The position numbers and the translations under genes are program-made. A model generated the notes under the pieces. It saw nothing but the letters and a program-made list of their open reading frames with translations, made no database searches and was not told the DNA's origin. A stretch of DNA of 25,851 nucleotides from a virus (taxonomy: Duplodnaviria > Caudoviricetes), in the IMG/VR virus record IMGVR_UViG_3300030330_000456, positions 1-25,851 of that record; one strand, 5' to 3'. Position 1 is the stretch's first letter; each line of letters opens with the position of its first letter. Below, one piece after another: positions 7,479 through 17,031 of this stretch.

Positions 7479-7858
7479 TGGCATATATATTTGTACGAGA
7501 CTACGACATCGATCTGATGGAGTTGAACAAGAGTATGTATCACGTCTTTGTTGAGTCTGTTTCTCAGGCTGGCGGGGAACGTAAGGTGGTGTACCTACGA
7601 CAGAATGACCGTGGCTTACCGCTTACGCTCCGAGACAATTACTCTGACATGGGTCTGTTCACTGTCGAGACAGAGGCACGAGACATACGCCAAATAGAAA
7701 TAGAATTACAGAACATTAGTCGCCTATCTTACAACGGAGCAAATGTGTGTGTGCCGATATTGCCCCTCTCAAGAGAAATGGACAGTATACAAAGACTATC
7801 CCCAAAACTGGCAGGTTACATGAAAAAAAGAATGGACTCGATAGGGATGTCGCTATGA
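7478..7858 (+). CDS. Hypothetical protein
   Basis: The ATG at 7478 overlaps the upstream TGA (TGATG); the ORF ends in an ATGA overlap with the next gene. Confidence 0.75.
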   Translation: MAYIFVRDYDIDLMELNKSMYHVFVESVSQAGGERKVVYLRQNDRGLPLTLRDNYSDMGLFTVETEARDIRQIEIELQNISRLSYNGANVCVPILPLSREMDSIQRLSPKLAGYMKKRMDSIGMSL

Positions 7859-8235
7859 GAGGCATGGGGGGATACAGATCACACTTTGAGTTAAACGTAG
7901 CTAAGTCGTTGCGTCAAAAGAACGTGCCTTTTGAGTATGAAAAGCGGAAGGTCACGTTTGTGCCCAAGCCTCGCACTTACACGCCCGACTTCTACTTCCC
8001 GTCTACAGACGTATTCGTAGAGGCCAAGGGCAAGTTCGACAAGAACGACCGTGTGAAGATGTTGCTTGTCAAGGAACAGAATCCGGACTTGGACATTCGC
8101 CTTTTATTTCAAAACGCACGCAATAAGATTTACAAAGGATCAAAGACCACGTACGGTGCTTGGGCTGACCGCCATGGCTTCGAGTGGGCCGAGGGCAGCA
8201 TCCCGGAAGGTTGGTACAAAAATGGACGAAAATGA
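7855..8235 (+). CDS. T7 endonuclease I-like Holliday junction resolvase
   Basis: YRSHFE, FEYE, YTPDF, FVEAKG, LDIRLLF and TTYGAWA match the T7 gp3 family pattern; start placed at the ATGA overlap at 7855. Confidence 0.9.
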   Translation: MRGMGGYRSHFELNVAKSLRQKNVPFEYEKRKVTFVPKPRTYTPDFYFPSTDVFVEAKGKFDKNDRVKMLLVKEQNPDLDIRLLFQNARNKIYKGSKTTYGAWADRHGFEWAEGSIPEGWYKNGRK

Positions 8236-8566
8236 CATGGAATCCATGCTGGAGAAGGCCAGCCTGTTGCAAAACAGATGGTACATAGTCCTACGCCCTA
8301 ATGGTGAAGAGGGCATGACTATGGCGGCCTACGACACCACAGAAGAGGTGGAGGACGATGAATACTTTCCTGCCGGTGCTGTTGTGTTATCGGGACTCGT
8401 AGAGTTAATGGAGTCTGACTTTGATCGGGTCATGGCGGCTGGTCTTGCCCGTTTGCGCTTTGAACACGAAAAGCAGTTGATTGAAGAGGTCAAAGGCAAT
8501 GGTGCAAATGTAGAAAGAATACCGGGCAAGAACATCATCAAGGTAGACTTCGGTAAGAAGCAATGA
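8222..8566 (+). CDS. Hypothetical acidic protein
   Basis: Likely start MDENDMES at 8222; ends NIIKVDFGKKQ with an ATGA overlap to the next gene. Confidence 0.75.
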   Translation: MDENDMESMLEKASLLQNRWYIVLRPNGEEGMTMAAYDTTEEVEDDEYFPAGAVVLSGLVELMESDFDRVMAAGLARLRFEHEKQLIEEVKGNGANVERIPGKNIIKVDFGKKQ

Positions 8567-8841
8567 GACACGAAGAGTACATGCGAATGAGAGCGGAAAA
8601 AGAAACGGTAGGATTAGAACTTACTGGATCAGATATGGTGAACAGTCCACCACACTACAATCAGGCAGGAGTTGAGTGCATCGAAGCCATACGCGCTGCC
8701 ACAGACGAAGGCTATCAATACTACTTGCAAGGAAACATCATCAAGTACCTGTGGCGTTACCGCTACAAGAACGGCGTCCAAGACTTAGAAAAGGCAAAGT
8801 GGTACTTAGAAAAACTAATTGAGGAGATCAAAGATGAATAA
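8563..8841 (+). CDS. DUF3310-family protein (T7 gp1.7 nucleotide kinase-like)
   Basis: VNSPPHY..GVECIEAI..GNIIKYLWRY..KNGVQDLEKAKWYL signature. Confidence 0.85.
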   Translation: MRHEEYMRMRAEKETVGLELTGSDMVNSPPHYNQAGVECIEAIRAATDEGYQYYLQGNIIKYLWRYRYKNGVQDLEKAKWYLEKLIEEIKDE

Positions 8842-10771
8842 TATGTTGCCCACCCCTTATCAGCAATTTATCCACAAGTCTCGCTACGCGCGGTGGCTTG
8901 ATGATGAACAGCGCAGGGAAAATTGGGACGAGACCGTAGAGCGTTATTTGCAGTTTATGGTTGATCATGTCAAAGAAAAACATGACTTCGATATGGAAGT
9001 GATGTGTCCCGGGGACATAGGTAAACTGCGACAGGCAATACTTAGTCAGGACATCATGCCGTCGATGCGTGCCATGATGACTGCTGGTCCCGCTCTCACA
9101 AGGGACAACATATGCGGCTACAACTGTAGTTACATCCCCGTTGACAGCCCTCGTGCGTTTGACGAGTGCATGTACATTTTGATGTGTGGCACAGGCGTGG
9201 GCTTCTCTGTTGAGCGTGAGAATGTGGACAAGCTGCCTGTAATCAGCGACGGGATGCAGCCAACAGACACGGTGATCAAAGTTGGCGACTCCAAGCCCGG
9301 ATGGGCCAAGGCGCTGCGCGAACTGATCGCACTGCTGTATGCAGGCCATATTCCGAAGTGGGACTTGTCCGACATACGTCCGTCTGGTGCGCGTCTGAAG
9401 ACGATGGGGGGCCGTGCGTCTGGCCCGGGGCCGTTAAACGATTTGTTTAACTTTGCCGTGCAACTATTTGTAAAGGCACAGGGGCGTCGTCTGTTCCCCA
9501 TCGAGTGTCACGACTTGATGTGCAAGGTGGGTGAGATAGTCGTGGTGGGCGGCGTGCGTCGATCTGCCTTGATTAGCCTGTCAAACCTCAACGACGATCA
9601 GATGGCACATGCCAAGTCTGGTGCGTGGTGGGAGAACGAGGGACAGCGTGCGCTGGCTAACAACTCTGTATCATACAAGGGCAAGCCCGAGATGGGCACG
9701 TTCATGCGCGAATGGTTGGCTCTGTATGACTCCAAGTCAGGTGAGCGCGGCATCTTCAATCGTGACGCTGCCGACAAGCAGGTCGCTCGTAATGGACGCC
9801 GAGAGACGGGACACATGTGGGGCACCAATCCCTGCAGCGAAATCATCCTGCGTCCCTATCAGTTTTGCAACCTGTCAGAGGTGGTTGTCCGTGACTACGA
9901 CACGCTGGAAGACCTAAAAGAAAAGGTCCATCTTGCGACTATCTTGGGCACGCTGCAGTCCACGCTCACTGACTTCAAGTATTTGAGGAAAGTATGGAAG
10001 ACCAACACAGAAGAAGAACGGTTGTTGGGCGTGTCCTTGACTGGTATCATGGATCATCACGTCTTATCAAAGAACGTCGACTCCGCTCGTTGGCTCAAGG
10101 AGATGAAACTCGTGGCCGTAGACACAAACTGGGACTTGGCACAAGCCCTTGGTATTCCACAGTCGGCTGCTATCACTTGTGTAAAACCATCGGGTACTGT
10201 ATCGCAACTGGTGGACGCTGCAAGCGGCATTCACGCTAGACACAGCGATTACTACATCCGCACGGTGCGCGGGGGTAACGAAGACCCGCTGACACAGTTT
10301 ATGATCGAGCAGGGTGTATACAACGAGCCGTGCGTTATGAAGCCAGACACTACTACCGTCTTCTCTTTTGCAATGGAGTCGCCTAACGGTGCGGTCACTC
10401 GCAACGACCTGACAGCTATCCAACAGCTAGAGCTTTGGAAGACGTACGCTCTGCACTGGTGTGAACACAAGCCTTCTGTTACCATTACTGTCAAAGAGGA
10501 CGAGTGGATGGACGTGGGCGCGTGGGTGTACGAGAACTTCGACGTGGCGTCTGGTGTGTCGTTCCTGCCGCATAGTGATCATACCTATCAACAGGCACCC
10601 TATCAGGATATCGAACGCGAAGATTATCTGGAGTGGCAGCAAGCGTATGGTCACCTCAACATTGACTGGCAGGCTTTGTCCGAATACGAGCGGGAGGACA
10701 ACACGTCCGGTTCTCGCGAGTTGGCCTGCACGGCTGGTGTGTGTGAAGTTGTTGACTTGAACGCGGCATGA
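8834..10771 (+). CDS. nrdJ: Class II (adenosylcobalamin-dependent) ribonucleotide reductase
   Basis: YNCS, GTGVGFS, VGGVRRSA, TNPCSEI (thiyl Cys), TCVKPSGT and C-terminal CTAGVC pair; no beta-subunit gene nearby. GAGGAG SD before the ATG at 8834. Confidence 0.92.
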   Translation: MNNMLPTPYQQFIHKSRYARWLDDEQRRENWDETVERYLQFMVDHVKEKHDFDMEVMCPGDIGKLRQAILSQDIMPSMRAMMTAGPALTRDNICGYNCSYIPVDSPRAFDECMYILMCGTGVGFSVERENVDKLPVISDGMQPTDTVIKVGDSKPGWAKALRELIALLYAGHIPKWDLSDIRPSGARLKTMGGRASGPGPLNDLFNFAVQLFVKAQGRRLFPIECHDLMCKVGEIVVVGGVRRSALISLSNLNDDQMAHAKSGAWWENEGQRALANNSVSYKGKPEMGTFMREWLALYDSKSGERGIFNRDAADKQVARNGRRETGHMWGTNPCSEIILRPYQFCNLSEVVVRDYDTLEDLKEKVHLATILGTLQSTLTDFKYLRKVWKTNTEEERLLGVSLTGIMDHHVLSKNVDSARWLKEMKLVAVDTNWDLAQALGIPQSAAITCVKPSGTVSQLVDAASGIHARHSDYYIRTVRGGNEDPLTQFMIEQGVYNEPCVMKPDTTTVFSFAMESPNGAVTRNDLTAIQQLELWKTYALHWCEHKPSVTITVKEDEWMDVGAWVYENFDVASGVSFLPHSDHTYQQAPYQDIEREDYLEWQQAYGHLNIDWQALSEYEREDNTSGSRELACTAGVCEVVDLNAA

Positions 10772-10785
10772 CCGACGGGGGAGAC

Positions 10786-10908
10786 ATGCCGACGTGGTGG
10801 CAGTGGTGGCTCATCGGGGCTATCACTGTCAACACCGTCATAAATCTTGTGGTGTTCTTCAAACACAGATTCAAACAGGACAAAAAACGTGGAGGCAGTG
10901 ATGGGTAA
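10786..10908 (+). CDS. 40-aa Trp-rich single-pass membrane peptide
   Basis: Manually translated MPTWWQWWLIGAITVNTVINLVVFFKHRFKQDKKRGGSDG*, with a GGGGAG SD; an alternative in-frame ATG at 10768 overlaps the nrdJ stop. It fills the gap and is not in the ORF track. Confidence 0.7.
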   Translation: MPTWWQWWLIGAITVNTVINLVVFFKHRFKQDKKRGGSDG

Positions 10909-11101
10909 GATATTCGTATTGGTGATCAGCGTGTGGGGCTTTACGGGTGACGAGTGGCAGTACATCGGCAATCAGATTGTGCTTAATCAGGACATGACCG
11001 AAACACAGTGTGAAATGATGGCCGACAACTGGACGCGTTGGGAGGATAACGAATACTTTACTTTCTCTGTAGAATGTCACGAAAAGGATGCCAGACTGTG
11101 A
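10901..11101 (+). CDS. Small hypothetical protein with hydrophobic N-terminus
   Basis: GGAGG SD before the ATG at 10901 (MGKIFVLVISVW); GTGA overlap with the next gene. Confidence 0.72.
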   Translation: MGKIFVLVISVWGFTGDEWQYIGNQIVLNQDMTETQCEMMADNWTRWEDNEYFTFSVECHEKDARL

Positions 11102-11571
11102 TCGAAGTCAAGATAAGTGACCGAATGCTGATTGCTGGCCGTAGGAAGGCCACTGAGATGGGTCTACTGCATAACTCGATACTAAGGGGCGGGGGAAGCG
11201 TAGCAGGCTTCCTCGGTGAGCAAATCGCCATTAAAGCCATGGGTGGCAAATGGAACAACTCTTTTGACTATGATATCATTCTGGATGATGGCCGAAAAGT
11301 CGAGGTAAAAACCAAACAAACATCTGCTGTGCCGCTGCCCCACTACTCGTGCAGCATCAGCAACTATAACACACGACAGAAGTGTGACATCTATGCGTTC
11401 ACTCGTGTGTTAAAAGATTTTTCTAAGGGATGGTTTTTGGGATTTCTGCCAAAGGAAGAGTATTTCGAAAAGGCGAAGTTTATGAAGAAGGGAGACTTCG
11501 ATCCCGACAACGGATACGAAGTACGGGCAGACTGCTATAATCTTACGATAGAGGAGTTAAAAAATGTATAA
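11098..11571 (+). CDS. Putative PD-(D/E)XK (restriction-endonuclease-like) nuclease
   Basis: GFLGEQIA...DYDIILDDGRKVEVKTK gives an E...D...EVK pattern; GTG start at 11098. Confidence 0.65.
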   Translation: MIEVKISDRMLIAGRRKATEMGLLHNSILRGGGSVAGFLGEQIAIKAMGGKWNNSFDYDIILDDGRKVEVKTKQTSAVPLPHYSCSISNYNTRQKCDIYAFTRVLKDFSKGWFLGFLPKEEYFEKAKFMKKGDFDPDNGYEVRADCYNLTIEELKNV

Positions 11572-11770
11572 GGCTATAGTGGTTTTGTGTTCAATATACA
11601 TGCCAGATGGCCCTTGTTTTAATTTTGAGGATGATTGGGGACCATATAAAACAGAAGAATTATGTAAGGAACGTGTGGAAGAGATGGTGGAGGTAATAAT
11701 GTTAATGCCTCATGCCCTGCCCCCGCCATACACGCTGGGTTACAGGTGTGAGGGAGGAGAGATGACATGA
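11564..11770 (+). CDS. Small Cys-containing hypothetical protein
   Basis: GAGGAG SD; 68 aa with a hydrophobic N-terminus and 4 Cys. Confidence 0.72.
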   Translation: MYKAIVVLCSIYMPDGPCFNFEDDWGPYKTEELCKERVEEMVEVIMLMPHALPPPYTLGYRCEGGEMT

Positions 11771-11976
11771 AGGCCAATTTGTTTTCATTCAACGTATATT
11801 TGCGACAGGACGGCAAGATAGAGCTTGCAAAGGACATGGTTCGACCGGACGAGTTCCAAAAAGAAATGGACGCCGGGGTGCCTGATTATGATGGGGCACA
11901 CTCCATAGCGTCCATGTTGCGTTACTTCAGTTCAGTAACAGATGAGATGATGGATAAGTCAGGCGGGTATATTTAG
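11767..11976 (+). CDS. Hypothetical protein
   Basis: 69 aa with ATGA overlap and GGAGGAG upstream; last gene of the plus-strand block. Confidence 0.72.
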   Translation: MKANLFSFNVYLRQDGKIELAKDMVRPDEFQKEMDAGVPDYDGAHSIASMLRYFSSVTDEMMDKSGGYI

Positions 11977-12272
11977 ATTACTTTCCTACCCTTGAGGATA
12001 TCAGCTTGCGTGACCTTGCCGTCGCCTGTCAAGTCCGGAAACGCTTTACCGCCGCCTTTCATGCCCATCATTGGCATCTTTGGTTTCTGCATAGTTTGAT
12101 TTTGCATTTGATTCTGCTGACCCTGTGTAGCGGTCATCATGCCCCCCGCTTGAGCTTTCTTGCGGGGCTTTTTCTTTTTGGCTGTCATGCCGCCGTGATG
12201 CAACATCGGCTTACGCTTTGACATGCCACCATACATCATGGCCTTGCGCTGGCCGTTGTTGTACATCTTCAT
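11973..12272 (-). CDS. Small Met/Lys/Gly-rich protein with a C-terminal EF-hand/dockerin-like loop
   Basis: AAGGAG SD, repeated GG motifs and C-terminal DLTGDGKVTQADIL. Confidence 0.75.
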   Translation of the reverse strand: MKMYNNGQRKAMMYGGMSKRKPMLHHGGMTAKKKKPRKKAQAGGMMTATQGQQNQMQNQTMQKPKMPMMGMKGGGKAFPDLTGDGKVTQADILKGRKVI

Positions 12273-12282
12273 GGGTTTCTCC

Positions 12283-15200
12283 TTACGGGATAGTAGTGGG
12301 AAGGCCCGTTCCCATGGGGCCAGTTAGTGTTCCTGTCGGGGCATCCGGTATATTCAGGGGTTGCCCTGCGGCAGTGTCCGGCGGGAATCCGGCGCTCAGT
12401 TTGTCCATCGGAGTTGCAGACACTGTAAAGGTTCGATCCGCAGCATCGATAACTTTTTTCTTTTGCGGCTCGTCCACACGGCTGGATAAAGCAAAATGTT
12501 GTACGAGCGCCTCTGTAAACCGTGCATTTCTTTCTGGAGCAAGAGGCTTGCCTGTTCTTACAATTTCTATGAAGTCTCTTCCAAGTTTAGGATCAGTCAG
12601 AACCGCAGTAAGAAACTCGTGATTGCTAAAGCGTAGCTGCTGTAACACGGCTTCCGTTCCAACGTACTGCGGACGAACAACGCCCCTGTTGATTGCGTAG
12701 ATACGACTGATGTAGCTCTCTACGGACAGAGCGCGAGGGATGCCTCGTACGTTTACTTTGCCCGAGTTCAACTGCGCTAGAGGATTGTCTTGCAACTCGA
12801 CAAGAACACTCGCGATAGCTTCCATGACCTCGTAGTTCTCGTTGCCAAGGATAGCACGTGCTGTAGCTGCCTCTCCCGGAGTCTCCCCGAGATATTTCAA
12901 CAACTCTTGCGGATTCTCTACCAGAAGATCAGTGAACGTGGTGGACACTTTGCCATCCAAAGACTGATCTACTTTAGCTAACTTAGCGCCTGTTCTGGTA
13001 AAGACCCTCCGACGTATGCCTTGCAGATACGCTGCACGTAAGATGTTGTCTACGTCCTGTGATGTGTACTTTTGTGTGCCGTTAGCGTTAGCAAGTTTTA
13101 ACATGGAAGATTTTATCGTTGTGTATCTGTCCATGCCTCCTTCAATCAAGACATCTGCGATATCGCTTGCTCGTTGATTGTCAGATGTCAGTCGGCCCAC
13201 AACACCCAAAGCGTCTTGCAAACCTTCCTTTAGTTGTCGTGCGGGTTCGACTGCAGCAGCAAGCTGATCATCAATTAATTTATTGGCTTCCTTGATTGCT
13301 TCGCTGTGGATTGCAGCGCCAACATTTTTTTCGTTGAATCCTGTGACATCATCAACAAGATTAGGGAAGTTTACAAGAGGCACTTCCGTCACACTGCCGT
13401 CAGGAGCCATTTCTACAACTTTAATATTTTCGTCGATTGTCTTGGCTATCTTGTTGATTTCGACTTCGTTTAGTGTGCCTGCCTTGCGGAGCCTGTCAAC
13501 TTCTTGTGCTAGAGCAACTTGCACGATAACTTTCTGGGATTCGGCAAACGGAGTGCCCTGCACAAGACGACGAGTAGGCTTCGTGTCGCCGGGTAACAAG
13601 ACAAGCTGTCCTCCTGCGTCGTGCATTGCCTGAATGTATTGGGTTGATTGTTCTGGATCAGTGAGCGTTTTTAGTGTTAGCCATTCTGACGGCAGCTTCT
13701 TTGTTTCTTGACCCGTTGGGAATCTTGCGCTGGGAACAGCTTCTTGTACAGAGACCCGTCCGTTGAACAGGCGTTGCTGTATGAACGATCCGCCCACACG
13801 ATCATGGAAATCCTCTTTGTACTGTCGATAGTTTTGATTGGCACCGCGCAAGTATTCGACAAAAGACTCGGGTGCTTTGTCTCCTATCTTTACAAACAGT
13901 TGTCCCACGGGAACACCATCAACAGAGAATTGTTCAAACTTTGGCTGTATGGAATTACTTGACAGATCGTACATAAGTCCGGCTGCTGCACCGTCACCCT
14001 TCTGATTAAACTTATGAGCTTGCTGCAATACAATCTGATCGAGTTTGGCAAGACCATCAGGCGACATGTCAAACAGAGACAAAGCATCAGCGTCATCAGC
14101 ATCCAACTCCTGCAGAGCTAATGCTATTTGTGCAGGTACACTGCGCTTCTTGTTAAACACAACAGGGTTGTCCGGGTCCGTTTCCAGACTCTTACGTAGT
14201 TGCTTGTAAACGTCATCGAGTGTTCTACCACTCTGTTGAGCCAACTGTATGAAGATGGGTTCGCTTAGTTCTACTATCAACTCGTCAACAAGGCCGCCAG
14301 ATGCACCCTTGCCTGTGAGGACGCTACCAACTGTGCTGTTAAAATCGCGTATGACACTAAACGCATTTACGGTGGGTTTGCCCTGCAGAGGGCCAGTTGC
14401 CGTGCTGTACACAGCTTTTGTTTTTAGAAGACGGTATGGACGGGTGGCATCGGCGTAACGAACTTCGTGTAATCCTTCGAGAGAAAAGGCGAACAAAGTG
14501 CCTGCATCGGCAGTCAGAGGTATGTCTGCAGCCTTTGCACCATCCGGATCGTTTATTAGTATCTCCTTACGTGGCACGGCAGGGGCACCAATCTGCTGTA
14601 TCAGCGTGTTGCCTCGTTGAGCTACTGCTAAACTTATGGATGTCAAAGCACCCTCGGACAAGCGTTTGTATGCTTCTTCGTCGATTGCATTCTCTACAAA
14701 CAACTCTCTTTCCATCAAATTCCGAACTGCGACATTAAATGGAACGGTTGTTTGAGACTCGTCCATAGCCATGATACCGTCAGGGTCTACGACCTTACGA
14801 TTGAGAGTCAGGCTGTTCAAGTAATGATCCAGTCCCTCTTCCGTGATTGTTGTGATGTCTTTTTCTAGTTGTCCACGCAAGTCCTCTCCCTGCTTGGACA
14901 TACCCCGCATGAATGCAAAGAACATGTTTGCCGAGTCGGGAGATTGTCCTGCTTGTTGCGGTCCCTGTACAACGTCGGCCCCCATGTCTTGAATCAGTCT
15001 GTTCAGTTCCCCGTTCAGTTCGCGCAGTGTCAACTCACTCTCTTGAAAAGCCTCAACAACTTTGGGATCAAATATTTCTCCTGCCGCTAGTCCTTGACGA
15101 AGAGTGTTTGCAAAGTGCCGCAGAGTAACCAAGTCTGTGACGACGGGAAGGGCTGCTTCAAGATACTTACGATCAATGCCCTGCGCCTCTAGCTTGTCAA

Positions 15201-17031
15201 AGTGAACCATGAGACGGGTAGCGTTGGCCTCAATCATGCGCTGATATCCCGGGTTCTGCTTGGACATCTCGGTCACAAAGAATTCTAGTCGTTTCCTGTT
15301 ATCACCAAATCCTGTTCTAAGATACCCGCCTTTTATGGCTCTTAATCCTCTCGGAGTGCTGCCCTTCACGGTGGACACGGTAAAGCCCGTAGCCAAGCCT
15401 ATTAACGAGGCCAGCGCAGGATCGACCATCTCAAACTCTGCACCAAAGAAATGCTCAAAGGCAGCAGCACCTGTCAGCATGTAGGCGTCTTGCACTCGTA
15501 AGTCGCGTAACTCTTTCGGTACTGCGCTGTTCCTTTCGGCCAGATTCATCGTATTTTTATTTTGGTTTATTTTATCCTGCAGAGCGGATATCTCTTGAAC
15601 ACGAATCTCCGAAGGATTATTCGCCTGTGCCCTGCGTAGTGATCGTAGTTGAACATATTGTTCTGCAAGCACGCTTCTGACGCTGGCTACTTCCGCACGG
15701 AACTTAGGCTCCAGCTTTGTGTCAGCAATCTGATACGCTAAAGCCAGACGAGATTCTATGTTACCCTTAGAGTAGTACGTACCAGTCAATCCCCGTCCCA
15801 AGAAGGGCACTGCGTCAACAATGGGACCAGATATGTTTTTCTGTCTCATTTTAACGAAGCTATCGAACAACTCGTCTGCTGTTCTGTCAGGGTCTACTCG
15901 TAGTTCGTTTGCTGCAAAGGTTTCAAACAGCCCTAGCTCCTTTGCAGACATGCCAGCACGAGCCGCAAAGGTGGCCTTTGACGGGGCTAGTATTTCTGCA
16001 GCCAGTCGAGTTGCACGAGGTAACAGGCCCGTGTAAGTATAGGCCAATCTATTAGCGGTCTCTATATCGATGACGATTCCCTTTTTGGCGTATCTATCCT
16101 GCAGACTTTGACCCAGTGTAGGCCAGATGTCATCGAGCAACTTTTGCCTGCCGCTGAAATGGGTAATGCTGTCTCGATCTTGTCCGGTGATACTCCCATC
16201 AAACCAGTCAAGGGTCTCCCCGACGAGATACAAACCTGCCTCTATCGTGCCTCTTCCTAAAATTTCTCCGGCACCTTTGACTATATTTTCTAAGTCGCCC
16301 ATGGTTGGATCAGACAACCGATCCCGTATGATGGTGAGACGCCCTCTTTGACCTACGCCCTGCTGAATAAGGAGATTGTTGAGATACCCAGCATACAGAG
16401 GACGACCAACTCTGGGATCAGCTAAATTTGCGGACATCATCATAGTCGCAAAACGAACTCTCTCCAGATCGCTCGGCGTCATGTCAGCGGTGTTTATCTG
16501 TAGTCCGTCTTTTACCACGCCCGTGTTGAGATTTTCGGGCATCTTGTACGCTTCCATAATTTTTTTATAGAAGGGTATTTGTAGCTCCACATCATCAACT
16601 ACAATTTTTTCTGCGCCGTTTCTGTCCAAAAGATCGACTCTCTGTGCGAGAGAGTCATCAGGATTCAGTAGGATAGGATTGCCGCGTCCATCTATCCCGA
16701 TAGTCGCCCGGTTTATCATTGCTACATTTTCAGGATCACTAAAGTCGTAGACTTCCGCCATAGACACGTTGGGCAGCACCTTGTCCCTGTCTATTGCGTA
16801 AAAGGGATCACGTTCGACCTGTCCTCCGATTCCGGTTGCACTTATGCCCCCGGGCAGTTGAACGTCAAACATCGACCTGTCTACGGTCGTGATACGGCTA
16901 GGATCAAGGATCGGACTTTTTTTCTGTCTCCCGAAAACATCTCTATCGCCGACTTGCTCTTCAGACGGTGTTGCTTGGGTGGCCCCAAGTAGCTCTTGGA
17001 ACTGCTGTGCTGCGTCACGAGGTTCGGTCAT
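12283..17031 (-). CDS. Large putative internal virion (ejection) protein
   Basis: 1582-aa ORF in the structural module, apparently helical, with no catalytic motif recognised. The role is inferred from size and position. Confidence 0.65.
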   Translation of the reverse strand: MTEPRDAAQQFQELLGATQATPSEEQVGDRDVFGRQKKSPILDPSRITTVDRSMFDVQLPGGISATGIGGQVERDPFYAIDRDKVLPNVSMAEVYDFSDPENVAMINRATIGIDGRGNPILLNPDDSLAQRVDLLDRNGAEKIVVDDVELQIPFYKKIMEAYKMPENLNTGVVKDGLQINTADMTPSDLERVRFATMMMSANLADPRVGRPLYAGYLNNLLIQQGVGQRGRLTIIRDRLSDPTMGDLENIVKGAGEILGRGTIEAGLYLVGETLDWFDGSITGQDRDSITHFSGRQKLLDDIWPTLGQSLQDRYAKKGIVIDIETANRLAYTYTGLLPRATRLAAEILAPSKATFAARAGMSAKELGLFETFAANELRVDPDRTADELFDSFVKMRQKNISGPIVDAVPFLGRGLTGTYYSKGNIESRLALAYQIADTKLEPKFRAEVASVRSVLAEQYVQLRSLRRAQANNPSEIRVQEISALQDKINQNKNTMNLAERNSAVPKELRDLRVQDAYMLTGAAAFEHFFGAEFEMVDPALASLIGLATGFTVSTVKGSTPRGLRAIKGGYLRTGFGDNRKRLEFFVTEMSKQNPGYQRMIEANATRLMVHFDKLEAQGIDRKYLEAALPVVTDLVTLRHFANTLRQGLAAGEIFDPKVVEAFQESELTLRELNGELNRLIQDMGADVVQGPQQAGQSPDSANMFFAFMRGMSKQGEDLRGQLEKDITTITEEGLDHYLNSLTLNRKVVDPDGIMAMDESQTTVPFNVAVRNLMERELFVENAIDEEAYKRLSEGALTSISLAVAQRGNTLIQQIGAPAVPRKEILINDPDGAKAADIPLTADAGTLFAFSLEGLHEVRYADATRPYRLLKTKAVYSTATGPLQGKPTVNAFSVIRDFNSTVGSVLTGKGASGGLVDELIVELSEPIFIQLAQQSGRTLDDVYKQLRKSLETDPDNPVVFNKKRSVPAQIALALQELDADDADALSLFDMSPDGLAKLDQIVLQQAHKFNQKGDGAAAGLMYDLSSNSIQPKFEQFSVDGVPVGQLFVKIGDKAPESFVEYLRGANQNYRQYKEDFHDRVGGSFIQQRLFNGRVSVQEAVPSARFPTGQETKKLPSEWLTLKTLTDPEQSTQYIQAMHDAGGQLVLLPGDTKPTRRLVQGTPFAESQKVIVQVALAQEVDRLRKAGTLNEVEINKIAKTIDENIKVVEMAPDGSVTEVPLVNFPNLVDDVTGFNEKNVGAAIHSEAIKEANKLIDDQLAAAVEPARQLKEGLQDALGVVGRLTSDNQRASDIADVLIEGGMDRYTTIKSSMLKLANANGTQKYTSQDVDNILRAAYLQGIRRRVFTRTGAKLAKVDQSLDGKVSTTFTDLLVENPQELLKYLGETPGEAATARAILGNENYEVMEAIASVLVELQDNPLAQLNSGKVNVRGIPRALSVESYISRIYAINRGVVRPQYVGTEAVLQQLRFSNHEFLTAVLTDPKLGRDFIEIVRTGKPLAPERNARFTEALVQHFALSSRVDEPQKKKVIDAADRTFTVSATPMDKLSAGFPPDTAAGQPLNIPDAPTGTLTGPMGTGLPTTIP

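Noticed and set aside
8834-10771. Intein or intron in the RNR (also checked in the polymerase and helicase)
   Set aside because: The ORFs are continuous, of ordinary length, and show no splice motifs or homing endonuclease.
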